Source of the DNA: Phenylobacterium sp.
Lineage (GTDB): Bacteria > Pseudomonadota > Alphaproteobacteria > Caulobacterales > Caulobacteraceae
Reading direction: 5' to 3'
NCBI RefSeq assembly: GCF_016124325.1
Contig: NZ_WGNY01000026.1
Coordinates: 4,204-68,203 of the forward strand
DNA: 64,000 nt
In this document: piece by piece, positions 26,864 through 35,361 of the stretch
Numbering within the stretch: the first letter of the stretch is position 1
Layout: each line of letters begins with the position of its first letter
Program-made: the position numbers and the translations under genes
The notes under the pieces: generated by a model
Databases searched by the model: none
Told to the model about the DNA's origin: nothing
The model's input: the letters and a program-made list of their open reading frames with translations, nothing else

Positions 26864-27613
26864 GTGGAGCGGCGTTCTCAATCCCCGATGCAAAGGCGCA
26901 GCCCCGACTTGCCGAACAGCCTGCTCGAAGCCCTGCCTCCGGAAGATCATGCTCTGATCGCGCCCCACCTGCTTCAGGTGGATATGGAAAGGGGCCGTCT
27001 TCTCTACGACCCAGGCGATCCAGTCGACTACGTCTACTTCCCCCACGATGGGGTCATCTCGCTGCTGACCCTGATGGAGAGCGGCGCGGCCATCGAATCG
27101 ATCACGATCGGGCCCGAGGGGGCCCTGGGGCTGGCGGCGGCCGTCGCCCCGCGCCAGTCGCTCGGGCGCGCGCTCGTCCAGACGCCGCTGCATGCCTCGC
27201 GGATCAGCGCCGAACGCCTCCACGAGGCCTGGCTCCGCAGCCCCGCGCTGCGACTCCTGGTCGATCGGCACGGCGAGGCGCTGCTGGGGCACGCCATGCA
27301 GTCGGCCGCCTGCAACGCCCTCCACTCCGTCGAGGCGCGGTTCTGCCGCTGGCTGCTCACCTGCCACGACCGCGTCAACGCCGACCGGGTGGCGCTGACC
27401 CAGGAGTTCTTCGCCGACATGCTGGGCGTGCAGCGCACGACCGTCACGGCCGTCGCCCGCTCGCTGCAGGCCCGGGGCGCGATCCGCTACCGCCGGGGCG
27501 TCGTCGACATCGTCGACCGGGCGGGGCTCGAGGCGCTGAGCTGCGAGTGCTACGGCGCGATCCGCGAGACCTACGCGCGTCTGCTGGACCCGGCGACCGG
27601 CGCGAGGCGCTGA
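26864..27613 (+). CDS. Crp/Fnr family transcriptional regulator
   Basis: 249 aa (GTG at 26864, ATG at 26888). cNMP-binding-like region (LLYDPGDPVDYVYFPHDGVISL) and a C-terminal HTH (LTQEFFADMLGVQRTTVTAVARSLQARGAI). Confidence 0.8.
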   Translation: MERRSQSPMQRRSPDLPNSLLEALPPEDHALIAPHLLQVDMERGRLLYDPGDPVDYVYFPHDGVISLLTLMESGAAIESITIGPEGALGLAAAVAPRQSLGRALVQTPLHASRISAERLHEAWLRSPALRLLVDRHGEALLGHAMQSAACNALHSVEARFCRWLLTCHDRVNADRVALTQEFFADMLGVQRTTVTAVARSLQARGAIRYRRGVVDIVDRAGLEALSCECYGAIRETYARLLDPATGARR

Positions 27614-27753
27614 CCGACGGCCGGGTTCGCGGACATCGACCCGGCGGGTCCGCTCGTCGCGGCGACGTTGCATCGACCGGCTTTTCCCCGTCTTTTGACG
27701 GCCGAGGGCGATTCCGCGTGCGGAGCCCACCCCAGCCGAACGAGACGAGGCTC

Positions 27754-29847
27754 ATGGTTTCGAAAACGCGCAAGATCCTGCTGACGGCCGCGGCGAGCGC
27801 GGCGCTCATCCTTGGCGGGGGGCTCGCCCAGGCCCAGCCGGCGGCGACCCTGGCCGCCGCCACGGCGGGCGACGCCGAGGCCGTCTCGCTGGCCTCGCCC
27901 CACTACGGGACCTGGGGCTTCGACATGAGCGGCATGGACCGCAGCGTCAGGCCGGGCGACGACTTCTTCAAGTTCGCCAACGGCAAATGGGCCGAGCGCA
28001 CCGAGATTCCCGCCGACCGGACGCGATATGGCAACTTCGACAAGTTGCGGGCGCTCTCGGACGACCGCCAGCACGCGATCCTGGAGGACGCCGCCGCCGG
28101 CAAGCTGGACGATCCCGACGCCGCCAAGATCGCCGCGGGCTACAAGGCCTATATGGACGAGGCGCTGGCCGAGACGCTGGACGCCAAGCCGATCGCGCCG
28201 GAACTGGCCCAGATCCGCAAGGTCCGGACCAAGGACGACTTCACGGCCCTCATGGGCAAGGCCAACGTCAGCGGCTTCGCGACCATCGTGCCGGTCTATG
28301 TGACCATCGATTTCAAGGCGCCGACCCGCTACGCGGTGGGCGCGACGCAGGGCGGCCTGGGCCTGCCCGACCGCGACTACTACCTGCAGCCGTCGTTCGC
28401 GGAGAAGAAGGCGAAGTATCAGGCCTACGTCGCGCAGATCCTCACCATGATCGGCTGGGACAAGCCCGCCGAGCACGCCAAGGCGATCGTCGATTTCGAG
28501 ACCAGGCTCGCCGAGGTCAGCTGGTCGCGGGTCGACCGCCGCGACCGCGACAAGACCTACAACCCGATGTCCCCGGCCGAGCTGAACGCGGCCATGCCCG
28601 GCTTCGACTGGAACCGCTACCTGGCCGGAACCGAGCTGCCCAAGGTCGACCGCATCGTGGTGACCACCAACACGGCGCTGCCGAAATTCGCCGCCGTCTA
28701 TCGCGACACGCCGCTCGACACGCTGAAGGCCTGGCAGGCGTTCCATCTGGCTGACGGAGCCGCGCCGTTGCTGTCGAAGCGGTTCGTGGACGCCAACTTC
28801 GAGTTCCGCGCCAAGGACCTCGCGGGCCAGCCGGAACAGAAGGCGCGCTGGAAGCGGGCCGTGGAGTTCATGGACAACTCGATCGGCGAGTCGGTCGGCC
28901 GCGTCTATGTGGCCCGCTACTTCCCGCCGGAATCCAAGGCCAAGATGGACGCCCTGGTGGGCGACATCCGCACAGCGCTGAAGGCGCGCATCGAGAAGCT
29001 GGACTGGATGGGGCCGGAGACCAAGGCCAAGGCGCTCGAGAAGCTATCGAAGTTCACCGTCAAGATCGGCTATCCGGACAAGTGGCGCGACTATTCCGCC
29101 CTGACGTTCAAGGCCGACGACCTCTACGGCAACGCGATGCGCTCGACGGCCTACGAATGGCGGCGCGACGTGTCGCGGCTGAACGAGCCGGTGGACAAGA
29201 GCGAGTGGGGTATGACCCCGCAGACCGTGAACGCCTATTACAACCCGCCCAACAACGAGATCGTGTTCCCGGCCGCGATCCTGCAGCCGCCGTTCTTCGA
29301 TCCCGACGCGGACCCGGCCATCAACTACGGCGGCATCGGGGGCGTGATCGGCCACGAGATCAGCCACGGCTTCGACGATCAGGGCCGCAAGTCCGACGGC
29401 GACGGGGTCCTGCGCGACTGGTGGACCGCCGAGGACGCGGCCAAGTTCAAGACCCAGGCCGACCGGCTGGGCGCCCAGTACTCGGCCTTCGAGCCCCTGC
29501 CCGGCGCGCACGTGCAGGGCGCGCTGACCATGGGCGAGAACATCGGGGACATGGGCGGACTGTCGCTGGGGCTCGACGCCTATCACGCGTCGCTGAAGGG
29601 CGCGCCGGCGCCGGTCATCGACGGCCTGACCGGCGACCAGCGGGTGTTCCTCGGCTGGGCCCAGGTTTGGCGCGAGAAGATCCGCGACGAGCAGCTCCGG
29701 CAACGGCTGTCCACCGATCCGCACTCGCCGGCGATCTATCGGGTGAACGGCACGATCCGCAACATCCCGGGCTGGTACGAGGCGTTCGGCGTGCAGCCGG
29801 GCGACAAGCTCTACGTCGCGCCGGACCAGCGGGTGAAGATCTGGTAG
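27754..29847 (+). CDS. M13 family metallopeptidase (PepO / endothelin-converting enzyme-like)
   Basis: ATG at 27754. Signal peptide. HEISHGFDD (HExxH) and GENIGDMGG (ExxxD). 697 aa. Confidence 0.9.
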   Translation: MVSKTRKILLTAAASAALILGGGLAQAQPAATLAAATAGDAEAVSLASPHYGTWGFDMSGMDRSVRPGDDFFKFANGKWAERTEIPADRTRYGNFDKLRALSDDRQHAILEDAAAGKLDDPDAAKIAAGYKAYMDEALAETLDAKPIAPELAQIRKVRTKDDFTALMGKANVSGFATIVPVYVTIDFKAPTRYAVGATQGGLGLPDRDYYLQPSFAEKKAKYQAYVAQILTMIGWDKPAEHAKAIVDFETRLAEVSWSRVDRRDRDKTYNPMSPAELNAAMPGFDWNRYLAGTELPKVDRIVVTTNTALPKFAAVYRDTPLDTLKAWQAFHLADGAAPLLSKRFVDANFEFRAKDLAGQPEQKARWKRAVEFMDNSIGESVGRVYVARYFPPESKAKMDALVGDIRTALKARIEKLDWMGPETKAKALEKLSKFTVKIGYPDKWRDYSALTFKADDLYGNAMRSTAYEWRRDVSRLNEPVDKSEWGMTPQTVNAYYNPPNNEIVFPAAILQPPFFDPDADPAINYGGIGGVIGHEISHGFDDQGRKSDGDGVLRDWWTAEDAAKFKTQADRLGAQYSAFEPLPGAHVQGALTMGENIGDMGGLSLGLDAYHASLKGAPAPVIDGLTGDQRVFLGWAQVWREKIRDEQLRQRLSTDPHSPAIYRVNGTIRNIPGWYEAFGVQPGDKLYVAPDQRVKIW

Positions 29848-29854
29848 CGCCGGC

Positions 29855-30100
29855 TCAGATGTAGGCGCCGGCCTCGTCGCGCGACGGGGCCTTGCCCTTC
29901 GTGCGGTGGGTGACCATCCGCCGGTGCAGTTCGCGCACGCGGCGGCTGCCCGAGGTTTGGAACGCGAACGGGAACAGGCCATGCAGGGCGCAGGCGGCGG
30001 CGGCCACGACCATGGTGGCGGCGAAGCCCCAGGCCGAGACCAGGTGCTCCAGATAGTTCTCACCCACGGTCTGCGGGTGGCGGGTGAAGACCTTCAGCAT
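29855..30100 (-). CDS. DUF6356-like small membrane protein
   Basis: MLKVFTRHPQTVGENYLEHLVSAWGFAATMVVAAAACALHGLFPFAF... The ATG at 30100 is preferred over 30133, which has no RBS. Confidence 0.5.
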   Translation of the reverse strand: MLKVFTRHPQTVGENYLEHLVSAWGFAATMVVAAAACALHGLFPFAFQTSGSRRVRELHRRMVTHRTKGKAPSRDEAGAYI

Positions 30101-30241
30101 ATGCGCCCCATTCGCCAGGATCGCCCCCAGCATGACGGAGCCGGCGGAAAGATCATCGCCCGATTTTCCGGACCTCCCGACCAGACGTAGGATGACTTTC
30201 TTCGATCACGCCAATCTGGAGATGACGAATCTCCGTTGGGG

Positions 30242-31819
30242 TCACGCGACGCTGAACGCCTGCTCCGGCTCGGCCGCCGACGCCAGCACATCGTCGATCG
30301 CGCGCAGCAGTTCCTCCGGATTGATCGGCTTGGCGACCACCCCGTTCATGCCGGCGCGGCGATAGAAGGTCGCGTCGGCGGTGCCGGCGTTGGCGGTGAG
30401 CGCGATGATGGGCGTGAGCGCGACGGCCGTGCGCATCGAGCGGATGGCGTGGGTCGCATCGACGCCGTTCATGCCCGGCATCTGAATGTCCATGAGGATC
30501 AGGTCGAACCGCCCGGACCGCGCCGCCTCGACGGCCTCCGCGCCGTCGTCGACGCATTCGGCGCTGAGCCCGAAGATCTCGCAGAGCTGGCGGGCCACCA
30601 TGCGGTTGGTCGGATTGTCGTCGGCGATCAGCACATGGGCCGCGCGCGCGGCGTCCTCGACGGCATGGCCGACCGGCGCAGGCTCCGCGCCGCCGGGCGC
30701 GTGGGCGCGGGGCAGTTCGATCTCGAAGGCCAGGCGCGCGCCGCCATAGTCGCTCTCGCCGGCGGCGATGACCCCGCCCATGACCTCGACGAGTTGCCGG
30801 CAGACGGCCAGCCCGAGCCCGGCGCCGCCGAGGCGCGCGCCCTCCTCGGTCTGCTGGAACGGCGCGAAGATGTTGTCCCGGCGGTCCGGCGGCACGCCGG
30901 GACCGTCGTCGGCGATGCTGGCCTCGACGCGCACCGCACCGGACGCCGACTCGGTGGCGAGGATCCGCACGTCGATCCGGCTGGCGGCGAACTTGAGCGC
31001 GTTGCTGATCAGGTTGTTGAGGATCTGGCGCAGCCGGATCGCATCGCCCGCGAGCCAGAGGCCGGCCGGCCCCGCGAAGCGGGTGTCCAGCCGCACGCCC
31101 TTGATCTCGGCCTGCGGCGACCAGAGGTTGGCGATCTCGTCCAGCAGGCCGGCGACATCGAACGGCTGGACGTCGAGTTCGAGCCCCGAGGCCTCCGCCC
31201 GCGAGAGGTCGAGGGCGTCGTTGAGCAGCCGCAGCAGGACCCCGCCCGACTCGACGATGGTGTCGACGAGGGGGCGAAGCGACGGATCGGCCGACTTGCG
31301 CCGGATGATCTCGGCCACGGAAAGCACGCCGTTGAGGGGGGTGCGGATCTCGTGGCTCATGACGGCGAGGAAGCGGGCGCGGGCGGCCAGGGCGTCGCGG
31401 GCCTGGCTGGCGTGCAGGGTGGCGGCCGCGGCCGACGCCTGCAGCAGGGCCAGCATGGCGCCGACGCCGGCGTAGCGGCCATTGCGGGTGACGATGAAGC
31501 CGTGGAGCAGCTCGGACGGCCGCTCCTCCAGCACCTCGCCGCAGAACTGCTCGACCGTGAGGTCGCCTTCGGCCACCAGCGGGTCGGTCTGCATGACCGC
31601 CGAGATCGGCCGCCGCGACCAGAGCGCGTGGCCGTGCTGGGCCGCCATGCGGACGAGGAAGGAGTTGCGTTCGACGAGCCCCAGGGGCCGGCCGTCGTCG
31701 TCCACAATCGCGATGGCCATGGTGTCCGGCTCGATTTCGAACCGTCGGAAGATCGTCTCGCCGCGGTCGTCCGGCGACGCCGGAGGAATGAACGGCGCGA
31801 TTTCGCGAAGAAAGGTCAT
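30242..31819 (-). CDS. cytoplasmic hybrid sensor histidine kinase/response regulator with CBS-like N-terminal sensor
   Basis: 525 aa with no TM segment. H-box AVMSHEIRTPLNGV, an HATPase region (DDGPGV..., GGAGLGLAV) and a receiver (VLIADDNPTNR...DLILMDIQMPGMNG). Confidence 0.9.
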   Translation of the reverse strand: MTFLREIAPFIPPASPDDRGETIFRRFEIEPDTMAIAIVDDDGRPLGLVERNSFLVRMAAQHGHALWSRRPISAVMQTDPLVAEGDLTVEQFCGEVLEERPSELLHGFIVTRNGRYAGVGAMLALLQASAAAATLHASQARDALAARARFLAVMSHEIRTPLNGVLSVAEIIRRKSADPSLRPLVDTIVESGGVLLRLLNDALDLSRAEASGLELDVQPFDVAGLLDEIANLWSPQAEIKGVRLDTRFAGPAGLWLAGDAIRLRQILNNLISNALKFAASRIDVRILATESASGAVRVEASIADDGPGVPPDRRDNIFAPFQQTEEGARLGGAGLGLAVCRQLVEVMGGVIAAGESDYGGARLAFEIELPRAHAPGGAEPAPVGHAVEDAARAAHVLIADDNPTNRMVARQLCEIFGLSAECVDDGAEAVEAARSGRFDLILMDIQMPGMNGVDATHAIRSMRTAVALTPIIALTANAGTADATFYRRAGMNGVVAKPINPEELLRAIDDVLASAAEPEQAFSVA

Positions 31820-32041
31820 GAGACGCCCCGAGCCCGCGGAAGGTCTCGCACCGCAACGCCTAACTCTTGGTTGATCGCGCGCCCGAAGCCTTTGAATCTT
31901 TTATGACAATTTGGCGACAACGCCTGTGGAGGCGGCGACGCCCCGGGGCGCTGGCGTATTGTCACCAAAGCTTCACCGCGATGTCGCATCGCCAGGGCAA
32001 GTTCAGGCCCCGCAGTTCGTCGACCGGGAGCTTCCCCGCAC

Positions 32042-32569
32042 ATGCGCTACGGCCTGATCCGCCGCTCGCCGGGCCTGCCGCCGCCGAACCAGCAGCGGCG
32101 GCTCATCGAGGCCACCGGCTGCGATGTGTGGCTGGAGGAAGGGCCGCCGTCGCCCGGCAGCCAACGCGCGCTGTTCCGGCTGCTCAACGGCCTCGAACTC
32201 GGCGACGAGGTGGTCGCCTACAGCCTCGACGCGTTCGAGGCGACGACCGGCGAACTCACCCGGATGATCCGCCGGTTCTTCGAAACGGGCGTGAAGCTGC
32301 GGTTCGTCGGCGGCTCGCAGCTGGAGACCCTGGCGCCGAACGGTGGGGTGCCGCGCGTGCTCGCGCTGCTGGCGGACCACGAGACGCGCCGCCCGTCGCG
32401 GGCGCCTACGCGGCGGCGCGCACGGCCCGAGCCGGACGGCCTCTCGCGCCACCAGGTGTCGTTCGCGCGCGAGATGCGGCGTCGCGGCCATTCGCTGCGC
32501 GAGATCGGCCTGGTCTTCCGGCTCTCGCCCAACGAGATCTCGGACATCCTGGGCGAGGGCCGGCCCTGA
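32042..32569 (+). CDS. serine-recombinase (resolvase/invertase)-like protein, probably catalytically degenerate
   Basis: 175 aa. By-eye alignment to resolvases gives MRYGLIRRSPG...NQQ vs M..GYARVST..Q, with the Ser kept. The conserved D-R-L-x-R-S block reads DAFEAT. C-terminal HTH is GHSLREIGLVFRLSPNEISDIL. Confidence 0.5.
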   Translation: MRYGLIRRSPGLPPPNQQRRLIEATGCDVWLEEGPPSPGSQRALFRLLNGLELGDEVVAYSLDAFEATTGELTRMIRRFFETGVKLRFVGGSQLETLAPNGGVPRVLALLADHETRRPSRAPTRRRARPEPDGLSRHQVSFAREMRRRGHSLREIGLVFRLSPNEISDILGEGRP

Positions 32570-32614
32570 GGCCGGGCGCATCGCCCCGGCCCCGGCCGAT
32601 CCCCGAGCCGCCGA

Positions 32615-35278
32615 TCAGAAGGTGACGCTGGCGGACGCGGTGAAGACCCGGCCCAGGTCGTAGGTGTTGAGATCGACCCGCTTGCCGCCGGCGCTCTGGT
32701 ATTCCTTGTACTTCCGGCCGGTGAGGTTGCGGGCTTCCAGCTTCAGCTCGACCTCGTGTCCGGCCACTTCCACGCCCTGGCGCGCGACGAAGTCGAGCCG
32801 GATGCCGGGGTATTCGTAGATGTCGGGCTGGCCGGTGTTGGCCAGGCCGCGGCTGGTGACGCGCTTGCTGGCGAAGTTCACCAGCAGGGTCTGCTGCGAC
32901 AGGTGGCCCCGCTCCTCGAAGCCGAGCTCGAGGTTGGCCACGTGCTTCGACTGGCCGGTCAGCGGCGCGCCGTCGCGGAAGAAATCGGTCGCCAGGGTCG
33001 AGCTCGAGGCGAAGACCGCCACGGGATCGTTGGCGGAGACCTTCAGCTCCGACTTCGAGTAGGTGTAGTTGCCGCCCACCCGGAAGCGCCGGCTGGCCCA
33101 GAAGTCGCCTCCCCAGAAATCGAGATCGAAGGTCTTCTGGGCCTCCAGCTCGACGCCGTAGAGGTTGGCCTTGGGCGCGTTGGCGAAGCTGGTGGTGAAG
33201 GACTCGCCCGAGACGAAGGATTCGATCGGGTTGTCGATCTTCTTGTAGAAGCCGGCGGCCGAGACGCGCTGGTCGCCGCCGAAGTACCACTCGTAGCGGA
33301 CCTCGGCGTTGGTCAGTTCGCTGTCCACCAGCAGCGGGTTGCCGCGGTAGGTGCGGTTGTTGTCCGGGTCGAAATAGAACTGGTAGATCAGCTCGCGGAA
33401 CTGGGGCCGCGCCAGGGTCTTGGACAGGTTCCCGCGCAGCTGCATCCCGGGCTGGATCTCCCAGGTCAGGGTGGCGGCGGGCAGCCAGTAGTCCTTGTCG
33501 AGGCTCGTGGCCGCGGTCGAGGCGCCCGGCGTGTTGAACACCTCGATCGGGGCGACCTGTTCCTTGGCCGTCTCGTAGCGGACGCCCACGTCGAACTTCA
33601 GCGAGTCGAACAGCCGGCCGTTCACCTTGGCGTAGCCGGCGTGGTTCTTCAGGGTCGCCAGGAAGGCCGGGCTGCCTTCGTTGATGTCGATCAGGGTGAC
33701 GCCGAAGTTGCTGATGATCGACGGCTGCAGGAGCAGATCCGGCCGGAACATGTCGACGCCGCCCGGGAAGTCGCTGGGCGCCTGGAACTGGAAGTCGCGG
33801 CGCGAGCTGGTGCGCCGGGTGTCGGCGTAGGCGTAGCCGACCGTGAACGAAAGGTCGGGCGAGACCTTGTAGGACACGTCCGCGCCGCCGGACCACAGAC
33901 GCTCGTTGAGGTCGGAGAAGCTGACCTGCGCGTCGCCGTTGTTGCCGTTGTTCAGCCGATTGATGAAGTACTGGCCAAACGGGTCGGACGCCACGTTCGT
34001 GCGCACATACTCGAACGACAGCTCGAAGGGCGCCTCGCGCTTGGTCTTTGCGTAGCTGCCGCGCAGGTCGACGGACAGGTTCTCGGTCGGCTTGAACTCA
34101 GCCACGACCTGGGTGTCGAACAGCTGCCGCTCGTACCAGGCGGTGTCCTGCTGCATGTAGTCGACGGTGGTGCCGTGGCGGTTACCCAGGCCCAGCCGCG
34201 AGTGCTTGATGGTGTCGTGGACGTAGACGTTCGTGAAGCGGATCTTGTTCTCGTTGGACTCACCGAATTCGACCGCCGCGCCCAGCAGGGCGTTGACGAT
34301 GACCCGCTGGTCGGTGGTCACCCGGTGGAAGTCGGACTCCAGGTCCTCGAGATCGCCCTGCAGCGACGTCTGGTTGATGGCGTCGCGGGTCTGATACTTG
34401 TTGCTGTAGCCGGCCGCGGCGATCAGGCCGAGGTTGTACGAACCCATCTCGAACGACTTGGCGCCGGCGAGGTTGACCGAGGAGTTGGCCGGCAGGTGGT
34501 TCCAGCCCTGCAGGACGGCGTTGCGGCTGTTGACCAGCTGGCTGGCGATCGGGACCGTGTCGACCTTGCCCGAGCTGATGCGTTCGCCGCTCGCGAGGAA
34601 GGCCCCGAGCGCGGAGGGGATGTCGCGCTGGCCGTTGTCGTAGCCGGTCCAGTCGGTCTTGCTGCCGTAGTAGGTGTAGCCGAACCGGTTGGTCGTGGCG
34701 GTGTCGGCCGACACGGAGCCGCCGATGGTGACGAAGCCCTCGGCCGGGATCGAACGGGTGGTCAGGTTGATCACGCCGCCGCCGAACTCGCCCGGGAAGT
34801 TGGGCGAGTAGCTCTTCTGCACCAGGGCCGACGAAATGATGCTGCTCGGGAACAGGTCGAGCGGCACGACGCGCTTGAGGGGTTCGGGGCTCGGAAGCGG
34901 AGAGCCGTTGAGCAGGGCCAGCGAGTAGCGGTCGCCAAGACCACGCACATAGACGTAGCCGCTGCCGACCAGGCTGAGGCCGCTGAGGTGGGTCAGCGCG
35001 CCGGCGATATTGCCCTCGCCGCTCCGCTTGATCTCTTCCGTCGACAGGACCGAGAGCACCTGGGAGGTGGACTGGACGACGTTGGCGCGCGCGCCGGTGA
35101 CCACGACTTCGGCGACGCCGGGGATCGAAACCTCGGGCTGTTCCTGCGCGGCGGCGGACGCCGGCTGGGCGGCTGAGGCCGCGGCCGGAGACGTGGGCTG
35201 GTCGGCGCCGTAGGCCAACGTCGGCAGGCTGAGTGCGGTGGAAAGCAGCAGTAACGAAGTGAGCCGCCGCGTGATCAT
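32615..35278 (-). CDS. TonB-dependent receptor
   Basis: 887 aa with a signal peptide, a plug start (EVVVTGAR), beta-barrel repeats and a C-terminal ...ASASVTF. Track ORF 32756..35176(+) is its antisense shadow. Confidence 0.9.
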   Translation of the reverse strand: MITRRLTSLLLLSTALSLPTLAYGADQPTSPAAASAAQPASAAAQEQPEVSIPGVAEVVVTGARANVVQSTSQVLSVLSTEEIKRSGEGNIAGALTHLSGLSLVGSGYVYVRGLGDRYSLALLNGSPLPSPEPLKRVVPLDLFPSSIISSALVQKSYSPNFPGEFGGGVINLTTRSIPAEGFVTIGGSVSADTATTNRFGYTYYGSKTDWTGYDNGQRDIPSALGAFLASGERISSGKVDTVPIASQLVNSRNAVLQGWNHLPANSSVNLAGAKSFEMGSYNLGLIAAAGYSNKYQTRDAINQTSLQGDLEDLESDFHRVTTDQRVIVNALLGAAVEFGESNENKIRFTNVYVHDTIKHSRLGLGNRHGTTVDYMQQDTAWYERQLFDTQVVAEFKPTENLSVDLRGSYAKTKREAPFELSFEYVRTNVASDPFGQYFINRLNNGNNGDAQVSFSDLNERLWSGGADVSYKVSPDLSFTVGYAYADTRRTSSRRDFQFQAPSDFPGGVDMFRPDLLLQPSIISNFGVTLIDINEGSPAFLATLKNHAGYAKVNGRLFDSLKFDVGVRYETAKEQVAPIEVFNTPGASTAATSLDKDYWLPAATLTWEIQPGMQLRGNLSKTLARPQFRELIYQFYFDPDNNRTYRGNPLLVDSELTNAEVRYEWYFGGDQRVSAAGFYKKIDNPIESFVSGESFTTSFANAPKANLYGVELEAQKTFDLDFWGGDFWASRRFRVGGNYTYSKSELKVSANDPVAVFASSSTLATDFFRDGAPLTGQSKHVANLELGFEERGHLSQQTLLVNFASKRVTSRGLANTGQPDIYEYPGIRLDFVARQGVEVAGHEVELKLEARNLTGRKYKEYQSAGGKRVDLNTYDLGRVFTASASVTF

Positions 35279-35308
35279 TTCCGACCCCCTTGGAGTGGCA
35301 AGCTGGTG

Positions 35309-35340
35309 AAAAGGGGGGCCGCCGTCGCCGGCCGCCCCCC
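35309..35340 (-). terminator. intrinsic terminator/attenuator between the lipoprotein gene and the TBDR gene
   Basis: Minus-strand sequence GGGGGGCGGCCG-GCGA-CGGCGGCCCCCC. 11 of 12 stem pairs form, with one G-G mismatch and a GNRA loop. TTTT follows, about 20 nt after the lipoprotein stop. Confidence 0.6.
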
Positions 35341-35361
35341 TCCGACAAAGTCAGCGGCTGG

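Noticed and set aside
30219-30235. Hairpin GGAGAT-gacga-ATCTCC downstream of the hybrid kinase stop
   Set aside because: The stem is only 6 bp, AU-containing, with no U-tract on the relevant (minus) strand. That is too weak to call a terminator.
32756-35176. 806-aa plus-strand ORF and 32406..33896 / 34260..35348 minus-strand ORFs overlapping the TBDR gene
   Set aside because: These are antisense or off-frame shadows. Only the 32615..35278(-) frame shows plug and barrel features and a C-terminal Phe.
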